IMG/VR virus record: IMGVR_UViG_3300021431_000077
Coordinates: 39,062 to 103,061 of that record
Strand: one strand, 5' to 3'
Length of the DNA: 64,000 nt
Origin: a virus
Taxonomy: Duplodnaviria > Heunggongvirae > Uroviricota > Caudoviricetes
The notes beneath the pieces are model-generated. The model was not told the origin of the DNA. It saw nothing but the letters and a program-made list of their open reading frames with translations, and made no database searches. Made by a program: the position numbers and the translations under genes. Positions 26,481 to 36,013 of this stretch are shown one piece after another. How positions within the stretch are numbered: the stretch's first letter is position 1; each line of letters opens with the position of its first letter.

Positions 26481-27674
26481 ATGATTGAGATACAGGGAAA
26501 GTTTAATACAGCCAAGGTGTTCACCGACAGTATCGAACCCGAGGCTTACACACAGATATTGAACATGATGTGTCAGTGCTGGGCTAAGGACATGCAGGTT
26601 CGCATCATGCCCGACGTACATGCTGGAAAGGGGTGTACGGTCGGAACCACTATGACCATCAAGGACAAGGTTGTTCCTAACTTGGTCGGGGTGGACATTG
26701 GATGTGGTATGCTTGTCGCCAAGTTGAAAGACCGTTCGGTTGATTTCGACAAGTTGGATAAGGCAATCCGTGAACGGATTCCGTCTGGTAAGAGCCACCG
26801 TGAAAGCAAGCATTCGATGGCAAAGGACTTTCCTATCGAGGATATGATTGTCTACAAGGAAGGGCAGATGGAGTACACCGAGCTGTTGTCTCTCGGCAGT
26901 TTGGGCGGAGGCAATCACTTCTGCGAGTGCGACAAGGATTCCCACGGTAATCTGTACATCGTAATCCACTCTGGTTCCCGTCATCTTGGGTTGGCAACAT
27001 GTGATTACTGGCAGGGAATTGCAATCGACGAATGCAACGACCTTACGCAGCAGCGTGGGGCCATAATCACCAAGTACAAGAGTGAGGGCCGTGAAGATGA
27101 ACTTCCCGCAGCGTTGGCGAGCATCCCTCATTTCCCGCCTCCGAAGGAACTGTCTTACCTCACTGGCAAGTCGTTTGACGGATATCTGCATGACATGGCG
27201 TTGGCTCAGGAGTTTGCAACACGCAACCGTGAAGCGATGCTTGAAGAGATTGTCAGGGCGCTTCGCCTTCATGTTGTGGACAAGTTCTGTACATTGCATA
27301 ACTACATCGACTTGAAGCACATGATACTACGCAAGGGTGCAGTATCGGCTCAGGAAGGCGAGCGTCTTATCGTTCCTTTGAACATGAGGGATGGTTCTCT
27401 TATCTGCACAGGTAAGGGCAACCCTGACTGGAACTTCTCTGCTCCTCACGGTGCAGGCCGCAAGATGTCCCGTTCCAAGGCAAAGGAAAGCATTTCCCTT
27501 GAAGCTTACCAGAAGGCAATGCGTGGCATCTACACGACTTGTGTAAACAAATCTACTTTGGATGAATCCCCGATGGCATACAAGCCGTCAAAGGAAATCA
27601 TCGAGAACATCAAGGATAGCTGCGATGTTGTAGATACTATCAAGCCTGTGTACAACTTCAAGGCATCTGACTAA
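26481..27674 (+). CDS. rtcB: RtcB RNA 3'-phosphate ligase
   Basis: MPDVHAGKGCTVG metal-site motif and APHGAGRKMSRSKA (catalytic His) motif; 397 aa. Confidence 0.88.
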   Translation: MIEIQGKFNTAKVFTDSIEPEAYTQILNMMCQCWAKDMQVRIMPDVHAGKGCTVGTTMTIKDKVVPNLVGVDIGCGMLVAKLKDRSVDFDKLDKAIRERIPSGKSHRESKHSMAKDFPIEDMIVYKEGQMEYTELLSLGSLGGGNHFCECDKDSHGNLYIVIHSGSRHLGLATCDYWQGIAIDECNDLTQQRGAIITKYKSEGREDELPAALASIPHFPPPKELSYLTGKSFDGYLHDMALAQEFATRNREAMLEEIVRALRLHVVDKFCTLHNYIDLKHMILRKGAVSAQEGERLIVPLNMRDGSLICTGKGNPDWNFSAPHGAGRKMSRSKAKESISLEAYQKAMRGIYTTCVNKSTLDESPMAYKPSKEIIENIKDSCDVVDTIKPVYNFKASD

Positions 27675-27686
27675 ACGGAGGTAACT

Positions 27687-27974
27687 ATGGTTATCAAGAA
27701 AATCGACCTTACATCTGACAGGTTCGCCGAACAGAAAATCGTAATTCAATTGAATTACAGCGAGCTGACTAAGATTGCAAACGCAGTTCACAACATTAAA
27801 GTCAAGGACAAGGATGATGCTTGGCTCAAATGGGAATTTGCCGCTCTCCGTGACTTGTGCCACGATGAAGGGTTTATGACAGATTTCGCCCCTGCAACCA
27901 TCTTCCCTAGAATAATGAAAGAACTCAAGGCTGTTGAAAAAAAGCAGAATAAAAAGGAGACAACCAATGAATAA
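27687..27974 (+). CDS. hypothetical protein (95 aa)
   Basis: ORF track. Confidence 0.4.
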   Translation: MVIKKIDLTSDRFAEQKIVIQLNYSELTKIANAVHNIKVKDKDDAWLKWEFAALRDLCHDEGFMTDFAPATIFPRIMKELKAVEKKQNKKETTNE

Positions 27975-28134
27975 AGAAGACGCAGTCTTTTTTGCTGGAC
28001 AGATGGAAGATTTTCTGGATATTCCATCTATGTTCTGCGAAAAAATCGAGAAAATGCTGACCGAAGGAAAGGCAATGGAAGTGTGCGAGTACATTGTACG
28101 CCGTCGCAGGGAACTTGTTAAGAAAAAGGATTAA
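27967..28134 (+). CDS. hypothetical protein (55 aa)
   Basis: ORF track trimmed to ATG overlapping upstream stop. Confidence 0.35.
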   Translation: MNKEDAVFFAGQMEDFLDIPSMFCEKIEKMLTEGKAMEVCEYIVRRRRELVKKKD

Positions 28135-28136
28135 AT

Positions 28137-28337
28137 ATGAACGTAGAAGAACTCAAAGCCAAGCTCTGTGAACGTATTTCCGATACGGAATTGGACAAGA
28201 AATACAGGGTGGTCGTGGCCCGAAAGAAGAAGCGTGGTGGATATGATATCTACCCCTGTGTAAAGGATGTTGAACTGGCATACATTCCGATTCCAGGTGA
28301 AACTAATCCATGTGCCGCAATCGTATTTGAGGATTAA
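28137..28337 (+). CDS. hypothetical protein (66 aa)
   Basis: ORF track. Confidence 0.4.
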   Translation: MNVEELKAKLCERISDTELDKKYRVVVARKKKRGGYDIYPCVKDVELAYIPIPGETNPCAAIVFED

Positions 28338-28338
28338 T

Positions 28339-28587
28339 ATGTCTGACCGTAATGAATTTCATAATGACCTTGAAGTGTTTTGCTCTGCAAAGGAACACAA
28401 GGGAATGGTTCTTGAACTGATGAGGGTGTACGGCGAGTCTGTCACCTTGAAGGATGTCCTTGATAGCATCAACTACCAGATGGACAAGTACGAAAACCTA
28501 CTGTTCAATCATCATCTTTTGAAACCAGCAATCAACCTTGCTACTGCGGTCATGTCGTCTATCAACGACGTGAAGGAAACCAAATGA
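28339..28587 (+). CDS. hypothetical protein (82 aa)
   Basis: ORF track trimmed to MSDRNEF with RBS gaggatt. Confidence 0.4.
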   Translation: MSDRNEFHNDLEVFCSAKEHKGMVLELMRVYGESVTLKDVLDSINYQMDKYENLLFNHHLLKPAINLATAVMSSINDVKETK

Positions 28588-28754
28588 AAATCTACAACGT
28601 GTTCGCAGTATCTGGAATGGGTTACCACATGTATATGGCCACTTGTAAGACACGGGAGGCTGCTAACAAGTATATTGCAAAGCTCTGTAAGAAAGACCCT
28701 GCAATATACAAGAAATCCTACTTGAAGGTAAGGGTTGGGAAAATATTGGAGTAG
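28584..28754 (+). CDS. small hypothetical protein (56 aa), not in ORF track
   Basis: ATGA overlap with upstream stop. Confidence 0.3.
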   Translation: MKIYNVFAVSGMGYHMYMATCKTREAANKYIAKLCKKDPAIYKKSYLKVRVGKILE

Positions 28755-28757
28755 TTC

Positions 28758-28952
28758 ATGTGTAAGTATTGCGAACAGTTGGATGGACTTGGTTGCGGTG
28801 AAGACTTCACAGATGACGATAGTTGGACTGACCGTTTTCATCTGAGTAGAGACAGCGACGGTACATATCGTATCGAATGCTATGCAGACCAAAGTTCTCC
28901 AATCAATTTCTGCCCTAAGTGTGGGAGGCCGTTATGCGAAAAGAACTCATAG
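28758..28952 (+). CDS. zinc-ribbon protein (CxxC...CxxC)
   Basis: MCKYCEQ...CPKCGRPLC. Confidence 0.4.
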   Translation: MCKYCEQLDGLGCGEDFTDDDSWTDRFHLSRDSDGTYRIECYADQSSPINFCPKCGRPLCEKNS

Positions 28953-29188
28953 AAATTTTGCAGTGCAAACTAGAAGACTTTGCAATCGAATATCGCAACG
29001 AAAAGGCGAAGGGTAGCGAAGGAATCAGCATCCCCAATGCCGAACTCAAATACTACAAGGGGTATCTTGATGGGATGTGTTGTGCTTTGAATTGCAAGTC
29101 TTGGAAACTTGAAAGCGGATATTGGGTTGTTCGGGATGCCCGCAACCGCATCATAGCCACTTGTCAGGAATCTTGGGACGAGGAGTAA
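28934..29188 (+). CDS. hypothetical protein (84 aa)
   Basis: ORF track trimmed. Confidence 0.35.
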   Translation: MRKELIEILQCKLEDFAIEYRNEKAKGSEGISIPNAELKYYKGYLDGMCCALNCKSWKLESGYWVVRDARNRIIATCQESWDEE

Positions 29189-29190
29189 AT

Positions 29191-29772
29191 ATGAGAAGAC
29201 TGTTTATTATCAGAAAGGATTTGCAGCTGCATCCTGGAAAGTTGGCTGCAATGGTGGCCCACTGTGCCGAAGGGTACTGGCTAAACGTATTTAAGTATCT
29301 GAGCGTAGTCGAGGACAACGAATACGATACACTGCCAGTAGAAACTCCGAACGACCCTGATTACTGGATGCGTTATCGTCATCCTGCTGTATTTGAGGCG
29401 GCGAAAGCTGCTCACGAACGGGGTGAGAAAACATTTAAGTTCAAGGCGGAAAACTCCCGTCCTACGAAGACGATTTCGTTTGAAATCCCGAAAGAAATCT
29501 GGGATGGCTACATCAATGATATCTTCACGAAGACAATCTGCGAGGCAAAGAACCTTAACCATCTAATGAAGGTGGAAGAGGTCGCCAAGGAACTTGGTCT
29601 TGTCCCGCTCGTTGACTACGGGTATATCGACGATGTTTGCAAGACCGATTTGACCCCAGAGTTCACAGACGAGAACGGTGTAGGCCGTTGCCGTGTCGGA
29701 ATCTGGTTCAAACCGCTTTCTGACGAAATCAGCCATAAGCTGAGCAAGAAGTACCAGCTTTACAAGGGGTAA
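29191..29772 (+). CDS. peptidyl-tRNA hydrolase PTH2-like
   Basis: N-terminal RLFIIRKDLQLHPGKLAAMVAHCAEG resembles PTH2 core VVRTDLKMGKGKIAAQCSHA; RBS ggaggag. Confidence 0.5.
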   Translation: MRRLFIIRKDLQLHPGKLAAMVAHCAEGYWLNVFKYLSVVEDNEYDTLPVETPNDPDYWMRYRHPAVFEAAKAAHERGEKTFKFKAENSRPTKTISFEIPKEIWDGYINDIFTKTICEAKNLNHLMKVEEVAKELGLVPLVDYGYIDDVCKTDLTPEFTDENGVGRCRVGIWFKPLSDEISHKLSKKYQLYKG

Positions 29773-29774
29773 AC

Positions 29775-30059
29775 ATGAAGGATACTAGGATAGAAGACTT
29801 GGTCAAGACCATATTGCAGGCGACCAGTGTCAAGGAAGTTATCGACTCTGATGGAAACCGTATGAGCGTTGGCTCAAACCGTCTCCATCTGAGCGTGACC
29901 GATGATGTCGATATCATTATCGAGACAGATATGGGGCCGATGTATGACGTGTGGATTCAGAACCATACCGAGGGAGAAGGATGCACAGTCGCCCGTACTG
30001 CTGACGTGAAGAAGGTAGCTGCATTCATCCTAAGCGTGTTCAACCTCTGTGGAAAATAG
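29775..30059 (+). CDS. hypothetical protein (94 aa)
   Basis: ORF track. Confidence 0.4.
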   Translation: MKDTRIEDLVKTILQATSVKEVIDSDGNRMSVGSNRLHLSVTDDVDIIIETDMGPMYDVWIQNHTEGEGCTVARTADVKKVAAFILSVFNLCGK

Positions 30060-30062
30060 ATT

Positions 30063-30377
30063 ATGCAGAGCCGTCAAGACCTAATTCAATTAGAACTGAC
30101 AGAAGATGAAGCTCAGGAAATAATAAACTCCCTGCCCGAGAATAATTGGGCGGGGATGAGTGTTAAGACCAAGTTGAAATCCCTGTTGGAGAAAAAGAAA
30201 CAGCGGGATAGCCATCCCCACAAACTTGCCGATGAATACGAGGCGATGAAAAACTGCCCGTATCGTGGAGACTGGCATTACTGTTGCCGCTGTAAATTTG
30301 ATTTAATTTGCACTGGTTCTGACCACTACGATAAGAACATGGTCAAGAAACACATAGAAGAAAATCGTGGAAAGTAA
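30063..30377 (+). CDS. hypothetical protein (104 aa), C-terminal Cys cluster
   Basis: ORF track. Confidence 0.4.
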   Translation: MQSRQDLIQLELTEDEAQEIINSLPENNWAGMSVKTKLKSLLEKKKQRDSHPHKLADEYEAMKNCPYRGDWHYCCRCKFDLICTGSDHYDKNMVKKHIEENRGK

Positions 30378-30379
30378 AG

Positions 30380-30661
30380 TTAATCTTTTTTAACCTCTTT
30401 CACACCGAAGCGCTGCATGTTGTATTCCCGCAGCGCTTTTCTTTCCATACGGTTCTTACGCATTTGAAGTTCGGCGTTCTTTCCGTGGCCCAGTACACCA
30501 AGAACGAATGAAAGGTCTGTCTTGGAGTTGCGACGGCTGTTCAGCATCTTCTTGACAAGATGGATGGCATAGTCGTATTCTGTATCGAACACGAGGTTAT
30601 GCTGTACGTCAACATGGTAGGGGTTTCCGATAAGGTCTAACTGGTGTTTTGCTTTTTTCAT
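30380..30661 (-). CDS. hypothetical protein (93 aa); last gene of minus-strand block
   Basis: ORF track. Confidence 0.4.
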   Translation of the reverse strand: MKKAKHQLDLIGNPYHVDVQHNLVFDTEYDYAIHLVKKMLNSRRNSKTDLSFVLGVLGHGKNAELQMRKNRMERKALREYNMQRFGVKEVKKD

Positions 30662-30725
30662 GGTATATCCTTTTTAAGTTTCTACACAGAATATAGAAAC
30701 TTAAAAGAAATTTGTCAATAGTTAA

Positions 30726-31325
30726 TTAAATAATTCCGACAGTTTCCTTGATAGCTTCAAGGTTGCGGTCAATTCGCTGCATGTATTGGCGAATCATTGT
30801 AATGGCATTGTACTTCTTACTTTGGACGGCGCCAGGGTTGAATTGAAGTTTCCATGCTTCTGCAGGGTCATCCGCCTTGTTGAACTGGATTACTTCCCAT
30901 GACATCATCTGCATTGCCTGACGCATATCATGGTATTCCCCACCCAAATGGAATTCGTTTAGTCTGTATCCTAGTTCCACCATCATACGGGTTCCGTTCG
31001 GGGTGTTTGGAAGGTGGTGTTGATGCACATTAGCCATTCTGAAAGGTTCAAGCATGCTGTCCAACTGTTCGATGATACGCTGGATTTCCTGCTTGTTTTC
31101 GCTAACTTCCTCAGACGGTTCCTCAAAGGCTGAACCCTCGGGTTTTTCGTCAATTTCTCCGCTAAGAGCGTCCTGCATATCGGACGGGTTTTCATCGGCT
31201 ATGAGATTTGTTTCGTCTTCGTGCGTGGCCTCGAACAGGGAGATGATGGCATTTTCCTTCTCTGGGCCTAAGCCAAGTTTGTGAACGCTTTCCAAGAACA
31301 GTTTTTTGCGATACATAATAAACAC
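30726..31325 (-). CDS. hypothetical acidic protein (199 aa)
   Basis: ORF track. Confidence 0.45.
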   Translation of the reverse strand: MFIMYRKKLFLESVHKLGLGPEKENAIISLFEATHEDETNLIADENPSDMQDALSGEIDEKPEGSAFEEPSEEVSENKQEIQRIIEQLDSMLEPFRMANVHQHHLPNTPNGTRMMVELGYRLNEFHLGGEYHDMRQAMQMMSWEVIQFNKADDPAEAWKLQFNPGAVQSKKYNAITMIRQYMQRIDRNLEAIKETVGII

Positions 31326-31392
31326 CAGTGTAATTCAACTAGAGTTTATAAGAAAAGCCCGCATGGAAATCCATACGGGCCGTTTTAACAGG

Positions 31393-31500
31393 AGGTAATT
31401 ACTTCTTGGTGTCCTTCTTCAACTTATTGTTTTCACGAATGACAGCAATAAACTTACAGAAAAGGCACCCTAGGGCAAATCCTAGGCAAAGCGCGAACAG
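31393..31500 (-). CDS. small membrane protein (35 aa) downstream of SPFH gene
   Basis: hand-translated MFVLFALCLGFALGCLFCKFIAVIRENNKLKKDTKK; RBS ggtggaataaaATG. Confidence 0.35.
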
Positions 31501-31510
31501 TACAAACATT

Positions 31511-32458
31511 TTATTCCACCTTGCTCAAGTTGATACCCGAGAAGTTCGGGGTGATTGTGTTGGCATCTGCACCAGGCATCTTGCCGTTCCACTTTTCGAG
31601 ACGGGCCATCGTTTCTTCATGCTTCCATGCACTCTGCTGAATAGCATAGTTGGCTGCAATAGCCTTGTTCTTTGCGGTAATAGCCTTGGCTTCTGCCTCT
31701 GCTGCCACAATTAGTGCCTCAGCATTCTTCTTTGCGATTTCAAGCTCATTTTCAGCCTTGTTGAGGGCGTTGCGGTAGGTGGCTGAGTCAGCCTGCAACT
31801 GGGCTTGTGCGGCAACAACTTTCTTCTCGTTGATAGCACGTTCGATTTCCACGTCAGCCTTTGCGGTCTTTTCCTTCTGGGTCTTAATCATCGTTTCCTT
31901 AATCTGGTTGTCAAAGTCACCTGTCCAGTCCCAGTTGGAAATGTTGACATCCTGAATGGTAATCGGGAACTTTGCACACTTCTTTTCCATCAACTTTTTA
32001 ACTTCTTCTGCAATCTTGTCGGTTTCCTTCGTCAAGTCATAGATGGAGTACTTGCCGATGACAATCTTTAATGAAGTCTTCATGTTGGACTTGAAGAAGC
32101 TTTCCATAGAGCTTCTGGTATAGTTGCGGACGAAGTCTTCCGCTTCATCTTCGTTGAACACGTAGATGATGGATGTGGAAACGCCGACAGTCTGCATGTC
32201 CTTCGTGATAGCACCGTCATCGCCAACTTCGTATGTGAAGTCGTCCTTCTGCGGGTCAAGTGGGATTGTGGTGATTGACTGGATGAACGGAAACTTGAAG
32301 GTGTAACCGTTGCCACGAGGAATCGTGCCCGAAATAGAGCCTGTCGTCTTGACAACACCGACTTCGGTCGGTTCCACGCAAGTGAAAGAACCGAGAGCAA
32401 GAGCGAAAATTGCCACGATTGCTGCGATGAGGATGATGATTTTGGTATTGCTGTTCAT
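31511..32458 (-). CDS. SPFH/band-7 (prohibitin/flotillin-like) membrane protein with coiled-coil tail
   Basis: N-terminal TM, VEPTEVGVV SPFH start, long Ala/Glu/Lys coiled coil. Confidence 0.7.
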   Translation of the reverse strand: MNSNTKIIILIAAIVAIFALALGSFTCVEPTEVGVVKTTGSISGTIPRGNGYTFKFPFIQSITTIPLDPQKDDFTYEVGDDGAITKDMQTVGVSTSIIYVFNEDEAEDFVRNYTRSSMESFFKSNMKTSLKIVIGKYSIYDLTKETDKIAEEVKKLMEKKCAKFPITIQDVNISNWDWTGDFDNQIKETMIKTQKEKTAKADVEIERAINEKKVVAAQAQLQADSATYRNALNKAENELEIAKKNAEALIVAAEAEAKAITAKNKAIAANYAIQQSAWKHEETMARLEKWNGKMPGADANTITPNFSGINLSKVE

Positions 32459-32488
32459 TGGGTTCTCCTTTGAGAGTTTGATTGTTGA

Positions 32489-32737
32489 TTAGATTAAATT
32501 GTCGAACGCTCCAAGCGATGCGTAAAGACTGATTATCTGTCTCGACCTCGCCTGTTCACGGTGTTTCATACGGGCTGCAGCCTCTGGGTAAATAAGTTCG
32601 TGGGAACCGTCTTTCAACCCGAAGATTGCATCCCTTAGGCGGTCGAAGTGTTCCTCGTCTGCTGCGAAAAACTTTTCACACCAGCCGATGTGAATCCACT
32701 TGTTTCGAAATTCGTATTGGAGGTAGGTGTACTTCAT
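32489..32737 (-). CDS. hypothetical protein (82 aa)
   Basis: ORF track. Confidence 0.4.
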   Translation of the reverse strand: MKYTYLQYEFRNKWIHIGWCEKFFAADEEHFDRLRDAIFGLKDGSHELIYPEAAARMKHREQARSRQIISLYASLGAFDNLI

Positions 32738-32807
32738 TGTAGCAAAGAATATAGAAAGTTAAAAGAGGATTGTCAAGGGTGAACAATGTATTTTACATAG
32801 GGGTTTC

Positions 32808-33032
32808 TTATGTAAGTCCTGCGGCAAATTTCAGAAATAGGACAACTACAAGAAAGATAAACAGTCCTCCCAATAAGGTGTCTCCGATGTTGTTCTTCGG
32901 ATATACCTTGTCGAAGTCCCTCCGAGCATCTTCCAGAGTATCGAAACTTCGCCCGTTGTCTCTGCAATGGTGCCACTTGCCGTCACGCTGATAGTACATT
33001 TCTCCACGGCGTTCTCCGAAATATTTAGGCAT
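32808..33032 (-). CDS. small tail-anchored membrane protein
   Basis: ORF track; RBS aaaggagg. Confidence 0.45.
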   Translation of the reverse strand: MPKYFGERRGEMYYQRDGKWHHCRDNGRSFDTLEDARRDFDKVYPKNNIGDTLLGGLFIFLVVVLFLKFAAGLT

Positions 33033-33044
33033 GGTTATCCTCCT

Positions 33045-34040
33045 TTATTGTCCGTAGACGGTTTTCATCCAGTTTCCGTGCATATCGCCTTTGCGGTATT
33101 TCGGGTCAGTATGGACGTTTTCTGATTCATGTTCCTTGCGGTACTGTTCGTTAGCTGCATGTTCTTCTGGACTGATTGTTTTCACTGTTCGTTCGCCAGT
33201 TTTACTGTCGTACGAAACACCAGTAACCACCCCCTTTAAGGTCGGTTCAGGGGTTGTTGGCTGACTGTCCTTCCAGAAGCAATAGAGGCAATTATGAGGG
33301 CATCTGCCTGGTTTCACTCCGAGAATCTGCTTCTTGGCGAGGCACTGGCAGTCGGAGCGTTGCTTCTTTGCAGGTGAATTGTATTCGACTCGGTCAAGGC
33401 TTTCTATACCAAGCAGGTCGAGGTCTTTGGTGCTTGCACATCCGATAGGTTCAACCATAAACCAGTTTAACTTGCGTTCTGCACAGGACTCGAAGAAAAA
33501 GCCAGGGTTCTCGTGGGTGTTGACATACGGGGTAATCAGCTTTTCAATCCGACGGAACACTGCATCGGGGGCGGTAAAGGTATCGTAGAATACTTTGATA
33601 CCCGCCTTTTCCAGTCGTTCCTTGACGTGCGGGTACATGTCCACGACGGATATGCGGCACCTGATTGAATTCTTGTATGTCTTTGCCACGGAACTCCACA
33701 GTTCAAGCACCTTTACCACATTGTCCTGAGTTTCCTTTGAGAGCAGGATGATGGGGTCGAGACGGAGGACATAGTGGGTGTACGGGAACCCTCGTTCAAG
33801 GAGTTTCTTGAACTGTTCGAACTCGTGTTCCACAGTAGGAACATTCGGTTCGAGAATGGTTCCGCCCTGACCTGTGACGGTATGGTGCAAGATTACCCTG
33901 TCTTGAACGATGAGGAGCTTTTCAATCATCTCGTCGTTCAGCTCCTTGGTAATGATGATGTTGGCATCGAGGAGCTTGGTTTCCCAATCGGGTACGAAAC
34001 ACGGGTCGTATGTTTCGGTAATACCAATTTGTTTAGGCAT
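33045..34040 (-). CDS. hypothetical protein with C-terminal cysteine cluster (CQC...CPHNCLYC); candidate TGT/DpdA-like or Fe-S enzyme (unresolved)
   Basis: ORF track; RBS gggagataacc; Cx3Cx2C motif near C-terminus. Confidence 0.45.
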   Translation of the reverse strand: MPKQIGITETYDPCFVPDWETKLLDANIIITKELNDEMIEKLLIVQDRVILHHTVTGQGGTILEPNVPTVEHEFEQFKKLLERGFPYTHYVLRLDPIILLSKETQDNVVKVLELWSSVAKTYKNSIRCRISVVDMYPHVKERLEKAGIKVFYDTFTAPDAVFRRIEKLITPYVNTHENPGFFFESCAERKLNWFMVEPIGCASTKDLDLLGIESLDRVEYNSPAKKQRSDCQCLAKKQILGVKPGRCPHNCLYCFWKDSQPTTPEPTLKGVVTGVSYDSKTGERTVKTISPEEHAANEQYRKEHESENVHTDPKYRKGDMHGNWMKTVYGQ

Positions 34041-34042
34041 GG

Positions 34043-34417
34043 TTATCTCCCATGAAGACTGTGAATGAAGTCGTCGAAGTTGTGGCTTTCAGGCCTGTCT
34101 GCCCTTCCTGCGTAGAAGAGTTCATCTGGAATACCAAACTCCATCTGCTCAAAGTAATCCAGTTCGGCAAACTCGCCTTCCTTCAACGGGGCCCGCTTGA
34201 TGATTGCGTAGAAATCAAGACCGTGGATGAGGCTGATGTCGCCCCATGTGCCTTGGATGGTTCCAGTATCGTCAACGCTCTTGACGACACCTTCCTCGCC
34301 AACGTACTTGCTGTCTGCCTCGGGGCGCAAGGACAGGATGCGGATGGTGTCACCTACCCTAACCGAGCTGGTGTACTGGGTGTCGCCTACCTTAACTGTG
34401 TCTGTGTATTTTAACAT
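34043..34417 (-). CDS. hypothetical protein (124 aa)
   Basis: ORF track; 3-nt spacing to neighbour. Confidence 0.45.
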   Translation of the reverse strand: MLKYTDTVKVGDTQYTSSVRVGDTIRILSLRPEADSKYVGEEGVVKSVDDTGTIQGTWGDISLIHGLDFYAIIKRAPLKEGEFAELDYFEQMEFGIPDELFYAGRADRPESHNFDDFIHSLHGR

Positions 34418-34420
34418 GAT

Positions 34421-34666
34421 TCACTTATTGGTTTTATGTTTTAATTGATTCAGTTCAAACAACGCTCGGTCAAGTTCTGCCTTGAAAGTGTTTCGCTCAT
34501 TGCGGAGCTTGTGACATTCTTTCTTTGCTGAACGATATTTTTCACGATGCTTCGCCAAGTCGCATTTGAGTGAATGGACGACGTTTTCTGAAAGTTCAAG
34601 AGCATGTTTCAGCTCTGATTTTGTCATCGGTCTTTCTAACATAGTTACTCCTTTTGGTAACGCCAT
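34421..34666 (-). CDS. hypothetical coiled-coil protein (81 aa)
   Basis: ORF track. Confidence 0.4.
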   Translation of the reverse strand: MALPKGVTMLERPMTKSELKHALELSENVVHSLKCDLAKHREKYRSAKKECHKLRNERNTFKAELDRALFELNQLKHKTNK

Positions 34667-34941
34667 GCGACAACTCTATCTGCAGCAATCGGGTCGGTAT
34701 TCTCGTCGATGAAGAAATATTCCTTGGTGGCATCTTCAACGACATTTCCCTCGCTGTCTGTGTAAGCGAACGGAACTTCGTCAGGGTACAACTGACCTTC
34801 AAGTATTTTACCTGTGTCCATGCGGTACTCGACATTTCGCCATTCCCAATCGCCACGAATGTCCTCGGGGATTGATTCGTATAGGGTAGACTTCCCGATT
34901 TCAATCCAGTCGGACCATACTTCTTTTTTGTCTTCAGCCAT
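34645..34941 (-). CDS. hypothetical protein (98 aa)
   Basis: ORF track. Confidence 0.4.
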   Translation of the reverse strand: MAEDKKEVWSDWIEIGKSTLYESIPEDIRGDWEWRNVEYRMDTGKILEGQLYPDEVPFAYTDSEGNVVEDATKEYFFIDENTDPIAADRVVAWRYQKE

Positions 34942-35270
34942 TACTTGCTTACCTTCTTTTTGTCGTGGACGGTGACTTCGAGCTTGGATAAATCGCCGTT
35001 GAAAATGAACGAGCCGACCTTGAACTCGCTGTGGAGTTCCTGCCCGATACGCAAGGTATTGTAGAAATCGCAGTCAACGGGGATTTGGAGGAACTGCTTG
35101 TTGGCCTCGTTCTTAAAATGCTCGCTGATGCTCAGCGTAAAGGTGGACTGCTTAATCTTGAAAGTGACCACGCACAGTTCACCTGCGAAAGAGGAGAGTG
35201 CAAACAGCATGATGATTGCAAAGATTTTCTTCATTTTACTTTTCCTTATATTGATAATGTTTCTTGACAT
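34941..35270 (-). CDS. secreted small protein (signal peptide)
   Basis: ORF track; MKKIFAIIMLFALSSFA. Confidence 0.45.
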   Translation of the reverse strand: MSRNIINIRKSKMKKIFAIIMLFALSSFAGELCVVTFKIKQSTFTLSISEHFKNEANKQFLQIPVDCDFYNTLRIGQELHSEFKVGSFIFNGDLSKLEVTVHDKKKVSK

Positions 35271-35610
35271 AAGTTACAAACGACCTGTCTATAGCCCTGC
35301 GGGCACCAAAGTCGGAGAACTTTTCGACAGGCATATTTGCGGACGGGGAGGTGAGCTTGACAAGCTGAGCGAGGTTTTCAAGAGGAATCGGCTTCGGTGC
35401 GTTCGGGTCAGGACCGCTGTCCACACGGTAGCCCTCGAACAAATCTGGGTTGATACCGTGCTTCTTGAACATGGCGTTCATGGTTTCCTTGTAATAGTCG
35501 GGTTGCATAGGGAGTGTGATGTTGCTCATAGGTGTTCCTTTTTTAGAGAAAGTGGTGGCCGAAGGAATGATGTTCCTGTTGGCGGTGGTAGTCATGCAGA
35601 GGGTCGTCAT
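35236..35610 (-). CDS. hypothetical protein (start uncertain; likely internal MSNITLP)
   Basis: ORF track. Confidence 0.35.
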   Translation of the reverse strand: MTTLCMTTTANRNIIPSATTFSKKGTPMSNITLPMQPDYYKETMNAMFKKHGINPDLFEGYRVDSGPDPNAPKPIPLENLAQLVKLTSPSANMPVEKFSDFGARRAIDRSFVTYVKKHYQYKEK

Positions 35611-35767
35611 AGAGGTTCAAAACAAAGTCGCCGTGTTGAATCGGGTTGTTTGTTATCTGCCTTCCGCATTTCAGACAGAAGTTGATGTGGTCTTTGGTTC
35701 CCTTGGACAGGTCGTCGTTCAGATGGTCGTCGCCAGGGAACCGTTGACAGTAGGGGCAAAAGTCCAT
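35543..35767 (-). CDS. zinc-ribbon protein
   Basis: CPYC...CLKCGR. Confidence 0.4.
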   Translation of the reverse strand: MDFCPYCQRFPGDDHLNDDLSKGTKDHINFCLKCGRQITNNPIQHGDFVLNLYDDPLHDYHRQQEHHSFGHHFL

Positions 35768-36013
35768 AACTTATCTTTCCTTCCAGCTGGAATCGTTGTC
35801 AAGATGGGACATGGCGACGATAGTTTCCTGCATCGCCTCGCCGCTCAATCTTCGGTCGAAACCGAGGTTGTCTTGGCATTGAAGCTGCTCTTTGTTTTCT
35901 TTTTCAGCCATGTTGGCCTCCTTGGGTTGATTACATGATTAAATATACATAAATAAAACGCCCATGTCAAGACATGAGCGAAAGAAAATTTAAATGTTTA
36001 CTCTTTTTTACAT

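Noticed and set aside
26421-27320. 299-aa minus-strand ORF
   Set aside because: Antisense to rtcB, which has diagnostic motifs.
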